Shown: one piece after another, positions 58,579 through 64,000 of the stretch
Layout: the number at the start of each line of letters is the position of its first letter
Position numbering within the stretch: the stretch's first letter is position 1
DNA from: a virus
IMG/VR virus record: IMGVR_UViG_3300027906_000009
Span: 27,315-91,314 of that record
DNA length: 64,000 bases
Direction: 5' to 3' (one strand)
Notes under the pieces: generated by a model
Seen by the model: only the letters and a program-made list of their open reading frames with translations
Database searches by the model: none
Told to the model about the DNA's origin: nothing
Made by a program: the position numbers and the translations under genes

Positions 58579-59217
58579 CTATATAATCTCATCAACTAAT
58601 CCATATTGCAGGCACTTTTCAGCTTCCCACCAAAGATCATGTTTCAAAAGTTTATCCATTTCTCTTTTTGGTATCTTTGTGTGTTCACTATAAATGGATT
58701 TTATTTTTTGCATCAACATTTTAGAATTTTCAAAGTCATCTTCCATTTCTTGAAACTTGCCCCACATAGCCCCAGATAGCTGGTGGACGAGCATGCACGA
58801 GTTTCTATGTATTTGTCGATGGGCGCCGACGCAAGACATAAGTGTGGCCGCAGAAGCGGCACATCCATCAATTATTGTGTGCACTGGTATTTTTGAATTT
58901 CTTATATAGTCTAAAGCTGCTAAACCTGCAAATACGGATCCTCCATAACTATTGATATGCAATTTAATTGGTGGGGGCTCATATTCTAAGGGGCCTGTTT
59001 TAGACAACATGCTTATATTTAAATTAAATAAATATTTATTTAATTTTAAGATCTTAGGTCGGGTCACTCCAGAATAAAAATATATTCTGTTGTGACTTGT
59101 ATCAACCACATTGAAATCGGTAGAGGCATGACCTCTAGACTCTGTACTAAAATCGTGAATTGTAATTGGATTCTCTATTTGAGAATCTTCTATTGAGCCC
59201 CAAAATTGATCTTTCAT
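58579..59217 (-). CDS. clpP: ClpP-family protease proteolytic subunit
   Basis: HINSYGGSV, G.AASAA (Ser), MLVHQ (His) and D.W..AE.CL.YGLVD. Confidence 0.9.
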   Translation of the reverse strand: MKDQFWGSIEDSQIENPITIHDFSTESRGHASTDFNVVDTSHNRIYFYSGVTRPKILKLNKYLFNLNISMLSKTGPLEYEPPPIKLHINSYGGSVFAGLAALDYIRNSKIPVHTIIDGCAASAATLMSCVGAHRQIHRNSCMLVHQLSGAMWGKFQEMEDDFENSKMLMQKIKSIYSEHTKIPKREMDKLLKHDLWWEAEKCLQYGLVDEII

Positions 59218-59390
59218 TTTTTAAGAATCTCCAATATTAAAGATCTTAACTCCTTAAGATCTTTTGTCGCTTCCATACAAGTCTTTCTAGCTCTTCTTCC
59301 TGCTGATGCGTTGCCACTTTGGCATTTGATAACATCATCTTCTGCTGCGCACAAATTTTGTACTATTTGTTTTAATTTTTCCTCTAACAT
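59214..59390 (-). CDS. Histone H1-like (Hc1-family) small DNA-binding protein
   Basis: D..K...GN.SAG.RARK..ME....LKELR. AAAGGAG SD before ATG at 59390. Confidence 0.75.
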   Translation of the reverse strand: MLEEKLKQIVQNLCAAEDDVIKCQSGNASAGRRARKTCMEATKDLKELRSLILEILKK

Positions 59391-59414
59391 ATTTTCTCCT
59401 TTTAAAGCAAAATT

Positions 59415-59491
59415 TGGTGGGCCCACCTGGACTTGAACCAGGAACCACCGGTTTATGAGACCGACGCTCTAACCAATTGAGCTATGAGCCC
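59415..59491 (-). tRNA. tRNA-Ile2 (anticodon CAT, lysidine substrate), CCA encoded
   Basis: GGGCTCATAGCTCAATTGGTTAGAGCGTCGGT-CTCATAA-ACCGGTGGTTCCTGGTTCAAGTCCAGGTGGGCCC-ACCA forms a full cloverleaf with a paired 1-72 and no initiator features. Lies directly downstream of tilS. Confidence 0.9.
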
Positions 59492-59516
59492 GTTAATATT
59501 TATTTTATAACATATT

Positions 59517-60119
59517 TCATAAGTAAGTTTCAACTATTTTTTTTCTAATAGTAGTTCTAATGCCTGGATTGATTTTCAAAATCCCGGGCATGAGATTGTG
59601 CCTAACATGGTTTCTAATGTATTCTGTTTTTAAATTAGTGGGATCCTCTACCCATTTGACACTCTTCCTTTCTGCATATTTTTTAATTGTATTTCTAGAT
59701 GTCATTAAAAAAGGACGATAAATGTTCTCACCTCTTCTGTATGGTATGAGTTTAGAGTTTCCGTGCATGGAGGACATTACCCAAGTTTCCACAACATCAT
59801 CAAGGTGATGACACGTTATTAGGAAGTTTGTTTTTATTCTTCCAAAGAAAGAATATCTTTCATTCCGCCAGAATTCCTCCATAGACCTCTTACCTTTAAT
59901 TCCTTTAATTTTGCCAATAAATAGATCTAAGTTATTATTATTAGCATAATCCTCAACAAACTGTTGGGATTTGTGGGAGTGAATAGTGTCATGATTAAAG
60001 TATGCTAATCTCACTTTTCTTCTACCCTGCAGCAGAAAATGAGCAATCACCATACTATCAACACCGCCCGAGCAAGCTATCATCACGTTATGAGGAATTT
60101 TTCCTATAATTCTAATCAT
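59517..60119 (-). CDS. tilS: tRNA(Ile)-lysidine synthetase, minimal catalytic domain only
   Basis: PP-loop ACSGGVDS, R..RY, T.HHLDD..ET, RPFL, EDPTN and RN.VRH. Confidence 0.92.
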   Translation of the reverse strand: MIRIIGKIPHNVMIACSGGVDSMVIAHFLLQGRRKVRLAYFNHDTIHSHKSQQFVEDYANNNNLDLFIGKIKGIKGKRSMEEFWRNERYSFFGRIKTNFLITCHHLDDVVETWVMSSMHGNSKLIPYRRGENIYRPFLMTSRNTIKKYAERKSVKWVEDPTNLKTEYIRNHVRHNLMPGILKINPGIRTTIRKKIVETYL

Positions 60120-60125
60120 ACTTAT

Positions 60126-60153
60126 ATATTACCAAAAAATTTAGATTTGTCAA
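60126..60153 (-). promoter_or_regulatory. Sigma70-type promoter of tilS (probably leaderless)
   Basis: TTGACA (60148-60153), 16 nt ending TGG, TAATAT (60126-60131). ATG is 6 nt downstream with no SD. Confidence 0.65.
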
Positions 60154-60155
60154 GT

Positions 60156-61025
60156 TTATTTATATAAAGACATATATCTTTCGCCGCGGTCGCATAATAT
60201 AGTAACAACTATACCACTTGGATTCATTTGCTCACAATATCTTTCTGATGCCAACAAATTTGCGCCCGATGAGATTCCGACCAAGATACCTGTGTTTTTT
60301 GTGAACTCTTGGGCTCTGGAGATTGCTTCGTCTGTTTTTATTTCTATAATTCTATCTGCCTTATTTGGATTAAAAAGAAAGTCTGCTCCGTCGCCGATGC
60401 CTTGTATACCATGATTTTTCTCATGGGGTCGCACTAGACACATCTTGGTCCTAAGATTGTTGCTCTCCTTATATCTCCTTATTCCCTCCATTGTGCCGCC
60501 GGTGCCGGCGCCGTGCACAAATGCTGACCATTGGTGTTTTGTATCTATAACCTGTTTGTGAATTTCTGGTGCTATATTTGCCTGATGGCATATTATATTG
60601 TAATTGTTTGTAAATTGCTTTGGAGACCAAGCGTTTTCATTTGCTAGTAAGTATTGATCACGCATTGCGATCGCGCCTTGGAAATCATTATCTGGAGCTT
60701 CAATGATCTTTGCTCCGTAAGCCAACATCATATCCCTTCTTTCTTGGGACATATTTTTTGGCATAAATATTAAACACTCGAGACCCAGTGCTGCGGAAAT
60801 GGACGCGAGTGCAATCCCAGTATTACCAGAAGTTGCCTCGCAAAGAACAGTATCTTTTCGGATTCTTCCGAACATTTTCTCTCTCTCCACAATATAAAAT
60901 ATTACTCGATCTTTTATAGAACCAGTTGGATTGTAGGTCTCCAGCTTAGCGTATATATGTGATGTGATTTTTATAAGAGGTGTGTTTCCTATAAGTTGTT
61001 TTATTGTATTTAAATTATTTATCAT
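60156..61025 (-). CDS. cysK: Cysteine synthase (PLP-dependent, CysK/CysM family)
   Basis: IGNTPL, AKLE..NPTGSIKDR, EATSGNTG, GAGTGGT, HGIQGIG, GISSGAN and CDRGERY.S. Confidence 0.92.
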   Translation of the reverse strand: MINNLNTIKQLIGNTPLIKITSHIYAKLETYNPTGSIKDRVIFYIVEREKMFGRIRKDTVLCEATSGNTGIALASISAALGLECLIFMPKNMSQERRDMMLAYGAKIIEAPDNDFQGAIAMRDQYLLANENAWSPKQFTNNYNIICHQANIAPEIHKQVIDTKHQWSAFVHGAGTGGTMEGIRRYKESNNLRTKMCLVRPHEKNHGIQGIGDGADFLFNPNKADRIIEIKTDEAISRAQEFTKNTGILVGISSGANLLASERYCEQMNPSGIVVTILCDRGERYMSLYK

Positions 61026-61701
61026 CTCTTATTGTCATTAAATTGCGGTCTGTTGCTTTTTGAATTGTCCACATTTTATTTGGAGCATGCACAAAATCTA
61101 GGCCTGGTACTATATAATTTCCGTATTCCTCTAATACGTCTTTTATTGTATTTCCTTGTAAACCCCAATTGTTATTTAGCCAAGGGATTAGTATATCATA
61201 ATATTGTCTTGATTTTGACAACATAGATATTTTTTTTGTTTGGTTTTTTATTGATTTTTGTCTAACCATGGAAATTTCGCTTGGAGATTCTATAACCCAA
61301 ACTAAAGGAAAATTCCTAATTCCTTCATCATTTACATCTTGTTCTACCAATCCATCCTCAAGGCCTTGGTGAATGACATCTATATCTAAGCGAGAGAAAA
61401 TATTATTTTTTCTATCTTTTCGAAATGTATTAGAAATTTCTTTTGCTTTTTTTATTGCTTTAGATTCCCATTCTGAATCTTCTTCTCTTTTACTTTTCAA
61501 ATATTGCGCTATATCTGGGTCTGTAGGAGTGGTTTTTTTTAAAATCTCTTTTTCTATACTTGATAATTGATTGTATTTTTGCTTTCCTGATTGTGGTGTA
61601 TAATTTTTTTTAACCTTAAGATGATTTGGCCAATAATTTTGTTCTTCTATAAAATTATTCCATCTTTCAAAGATTAATTTTATATTGTTTTTCTTGTCCA
61701 T
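61015..61701 (-). CDS. Hypothetical protein, 228 aa
   Basis: Intact ORF starting KLIFERWNNFIEE, preceded by TCTAATTAA. Confidence 0.65.
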   Translation of the reverse strand: MDKKNNIKLIFERWNNFIEEQNYWPNHLKVKKNYTPQSGKQKYNQLSSIEKEILKKTTPTDPDIAQYLKSKREEDSEWESKAIKKAKEISNTFRKDRKNNIFSRLDIDVIHQGLEDGLVEQDVNDEGIRNFPLVWVIESPSEISMVRQKSIKNQTKKISMLSKSRQYYDILIPWLNNNWGLQGNTIKDVLEEYGNYIVPGLDFVHAPNKMWTIQKATDRNLMTIRDDK

Positions 61702-61744
61702 GTATTAATTAGATGAATTTAGATGAATTGTTGGCTAAATTTGC

Positions 61745-62473
61745 CTATTTTTTAATATTACCAGGATTCGCAGGGTCATCAGATAATTCTATAGGATCCG
61801 GCATAGAACTATCTAAAGATATCTTATTCATGGTCATCCATTGTTTTAGCTTTTCTTGGTCCCCTGACATATTAAGGAAAATATTATTCTTTAATATTAC
61901 CCCTTTAGGATTTTCAGGAGTCAAAAGAAGCAATATCGGTATAGATTTTATAGGGCCCTGTAACTTTTCAATCATTTTAATATATTTTCTGTTCTGGTTT
62001 ATTTGTGATTGAGAATCCAGATCTACATAAATCCATTGTTTTGCTGAGACTCCTGCAAGAGTAAACATTTTTTTTATTTCTTTGCAGGGCGGGCACCAAG
62101 AGGTACTAAGTTGTACTAAAATTGCCTGTTTGGATTCACTTTCCGTCAACTGTCGGCGCGTGAAAATTCGGGATATTGATGTATCTATTTCTTCCCTTAT
62201 TATCGATTTTAACTTTTCTTTTGTTATTTTCATAATATTTATATTTCCCTTATTAAGTATTACTTGTTCTTTTAGATTTATTGTTTGTTTCTTGGTTTCA
62301 GGGGGCCCAAAAGTTATGCATGGGTCTTGTCCGCAGCCGCAATTATTATTCTTCGCTATTTTTATTTTGATCATTTCTTCTTCTGGTTCTGTGTTTATTT
62401 CATCATCAGAACTAGGATCACACATCTTGTGAGTCTTGAACTCTGATTCTTTTATTAAGATTTTTATACTCAT
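61745..62473 (-). CDS. Thioredoxin-fold protein with long N-terminal extension
   Basis: STSWCPPCK active site, YVDLD and cis-Pro motif IKSIP. Extension contains CGCGQDPC and an internal MKITKEKLKSIIREE (ATG at 62233). Confidence 0.75.
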   Translation of the reverse strand: MSIKILIKESEFKTHKMCDPSSDDEINTEPEEEMIKIKIAKNNNCGCGQDPCITFGPPETKKQTINLKEQVILNKGNINIMKITKEKLKSIIREEIDTSISRIFTRRQLTESESKQAILVQLSTSWCPPCKEIKKMFTLAGVSAKQWIYVDLDSQSQINQNRKYIKMIEKLQGPIKSIPILLLLTPENPKGVILKNNIFLNMSGDQEKLKQWMTMNKISLDSSMPDPIELSDDPANPGNIKK

Positions 62474-62476
62474 ATT

Positions 62477-62485
62477 TTAAATAGT
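62477..62485 (-). promoter_or_regulatory. Putative late-promoter motif ACTATTTAA just upstream of the thioredoxin-like gene
   Basis: ACTATTTAA-AAT-ATG, the same spacing as TCTAATTAA-TAC-ATG at 61705-61713. Confidence 0.5.
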
Positions 62486-62529
62486 ATCTTTCTACTTAAA
62501 ATGATAAATCTTAATTTTGTATAATAAAT

Positions 62530-63216
62530 CTATTTGCTGTTTTTTTGGTAGGAACTGACAGTTACCGGAAAAAGTTCGTTTGCAATCGACAAACATGCCC
62601 GGGCAACTTGTTGTATTTCCCACTGGGCTCCTGAGTGGATTCTGAGGTTAATAAACTTTAATAAATTACCTAGGTTACAAGTGCCATAATATTCGGTATA
62701 TAAATTTTGTGGCAAAACGCCTCTTGCCTGCTCTCTGCAGACGCCAGACTTTATCAAAGAATTGTATAGGTATAAACTAGATCGATTATGAGCAACAACA
62801 GCGTCAGATGCTGACAAAGTGGTTGAATCTAATTCGGGATTCACCAATTCATCATTACTAGCTTGCCTATTAGATTTATGTTGTGTTCTGAATACATCTG
62901 GAGAATAAAATTTCATATCTACATCTGTATATCTTCTACTTATCTCATTGTATGACCAAGTTCTGTGTCTATGATGTTGAGATCTTATGAATAGGGGAAC
63001 TGTAAACTTGAATGTAATTACATTATGTTCTAATGTTGAGGTATGTTTATGTTTGATGAGGTAATTTATGAGTTTTTTATCTCTGTCATCTAAATTGTCC
63101 TTGTTAATACCGAATGAAACGCGAGCGGAATTAACGACAGTTAGATCGCTACCCATGTGGTCAACATATTCAACTGCTCCAATATTATCATGAAATATTT
63201 CTATTCTTTTGTTCAT
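62530..63216 (-). CDS. thyX: Flavin-dependent thymidylate synthase
   Basis: VVNSARVSF, H.S.LEH, RHR..SYNE.SRRY, EQARGVLP and AQWEI. Confidence 0.96.
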   Translation of the reverse strand: MNKRIEIFHDNIGAVEYVDHMGSDLTVVNSARVSFGINKDNLDDRDKKLINYLIKHKHTSTLEHNVITFKFTVPLFIRSQHHRHRTWSYNEISRRYTDVDMKFYSPDVFRTQHKSNRQASNDELVNPELDSTTLSASDAVVAHNRSSLYLYNSLIKSGVCREQARGVLPQNLYTEYYGTCNLGNLLKFINLRIHSGAQWEIQQVARACLSIANELFPVTVSSYQKNSK

Positions 63217-63222
63217 GGACTT

Positions 63223-63251
63223 ATTATATCAAAAAGTAAATAATATTTCAA
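63223..63251 (-). promoter_or_regulatory. Sigma70-type promoter of thyX (probably leaderless)
   Basis: TTGAAA (63246-63251), 17 nt ending TGA, TATAAT (63223-63228). ATG is 6 nt downstream with no SD. Confidence 0.75.
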
Positions 63252-63252
63252 A

Positions 63253-63567
63253 CTAAATTGAAAAACTTTCTCCGCAGCCGCACGTCCTTTTTGCATTTGG
63301 GTTTACGAATTTGAAGCCAGATTGGTTTAATTCATCGATGAAGTCTATCTGTGTGCCCATTAGATATAAATAACTCTTTGGGTCTACATAGATTTTCACT
63401 CCATGGCTCTCCAAGACTTTGTCTTTTTCTTTTTCAGTATCGAATTTCAACTGGTAAGTAAAACCGGAGCAACCTCCTCCTTGAACGGCAGCCCTTATTC
63501 CAGTTTCTTTTTTTTCTGCTAGGAGTGTTTTAATTTTGTTTGCAGCAAATTCAGTTAACGTAACCAT
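63253..63567 (-). CDS. iscA: A-type Fe-S cluster carrier (IscA/HesB family)
   Basis: LT..AA, GGGCSG..Y, VD.KS..YL.G..IDF and NPN...CGCGESF. Confidence 0.95.
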   Translation of the reverse strand: MVTLTEFAANKIKTLLAEKKETGIRAAVQGGGCSGFTYQLKFDTEKEKDKVLESHGVKIYVDPKSYLYLMGTQIDFIDELNQSGFKFVNPNAKRTCGCGESFSI

Positions 63568-63568
63568 A

Positions 63569-64000
63569 TTAGAAAGGCTGCAATTCAAAAACAACTGTTA
63601 TATTTACTCTGCCATGATTGTTTGTCGGATTAACAGATATCCCAATTACGTCATTAGCACTGAATGTGGCAGAATTTGAAAATGTTGCCTTAACCACTGT
63701 ATTAGCTGTAGACAGATCTATAGTCTGAGTCTCTGTTGCTGTTGAATTTAACTGTTCTGTGCCGTCAGAGGACTTGTGAAAACCAACCTCCGTGCTTCCC
63801 GGTGTTGAGTCAGACCTAATCAATACATATTTTAATGTTCCATTTGAGGGCACAATAAATTTATTATTAACGCCTGGTGATGAGGTTGATCCAGTATCAA
63901 CGGGTCTGATAAATACTTTATCACTGCTGCTGTTTGCAGTGTATTTTGCATTAAAAAAATGTTTCAGCACCAATGTGCTTTCATCTATATCATCGCCGGT
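63569..64000 (-). CDS. C-terminal beta-sandwich of a probable virion/fibre protein (partial)
   Basis: Open frame to the stop at 63569. Ser/Thr-rich beta strands (TFSANDVIGISVNP). The start is probably beyond the window. Confidence 0.5.
   Translation of the reverse strand, partial: TGDDIDESTLVLKHFFNAKYTANSSSDKVFIRPVDTGSTSSPGVNNKFIVPSNGTLKYVLIRSDSTPGSTEVGFHKSSDGTEQLNSTATETQTIDLSTANTVVKATFSNSATFSANDVIGISVNPTNNHGRVNITVVFELQPF

Noticed and set aside
59391-59426. N-terminal extension of ORF 59214-59426 given in the track
   Set aside because: It overlaps the tRNA 3' end, and a strong SD supports the ATG at 59390.
59415-59491. tRNA-Met (initiator or elongator)
   Set aside because: G1-C72 is paired and the anticodon stem lacks three consecutive G-C pairs, so it is not an initiator. 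The sequence resembles Ile2 tRNAs and it abuts tilS. Elongator Met is not formally excluded.
2318-62432. Many plus-strand ORFs in the track (e.g. 7479-7898, 18189-18830, 21204-21671, 45448-45846)
   Set aside because: They are antisense shadows of long minus-strand genes, rich in Phe/Ser/Leu/Ile, with no motifs or SD. Only 57503-58249 is accepted.
1-64000. Stop-codon reassignment as in some jumbo phages
   Set aside because: Genes are full length and tightly packed under code 11, and TAA, TAG and TGA all end conserved proteins at their expected ends.

Overview
This window is a gene-dense, AT-rich fragment of a large (probably jumbo) myovirus-type tailed phage with T4-like gene families. It uses the standard genetic code, and every credible gene except one lies on the minus strand. 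In transcription order (right to left) it holds five blocks. (1) Auxiliary metabolic and translation genes: IscA, ThyX, a thioredoxin with a long leader, cysteine synthase, a minimal TilS directly followed by tRNA-Ile2(CAU), an Hc1-like DNA-binding protein, ClpP, a plus-strand lipoprotein trypsin-like protease, PIN-PhoH, a zincin and a 4-Cys PD-(D/E)XK nuclease. (2) A nine-gene glycosylation operon: two GT4 enzymes, a GT9-like enzyme, split HldE nucleotidyltransferase and kinase, HAD phosphatase, cupin, 2OG-Fe(II) oxygenase and pyruvyltransferase. (3) A gp55-like sigma factor. (4) About 37 kb of baseplate and tail genes, including 3117-aa and 3452-aa proteins and gp25 and gp6 homologues. (5) A J-domain protein, RuvC-like resolvase, primase, a single-chain Mre11-Rad50 (SbcD-SbcC) fusion, a holin/spanin-like cassette and the 5' part of the terminase large subunit. 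The most notable observations are the self-contained heptose-glycosylation operon with non-canonical partners, a ~115-145-aa module inserted into three virion proteins and once nested inside itself, a recurring ACTA(T/A)TTA putative late promoter linked to proteins with an 'MK(I/L)TK..LK.II.EE' leader, the TilS plus tRNA-Ile2 pair, and strong enrichment of pure-GC hexamers. All functional calls come from reading motifs by eye; no searches were run.
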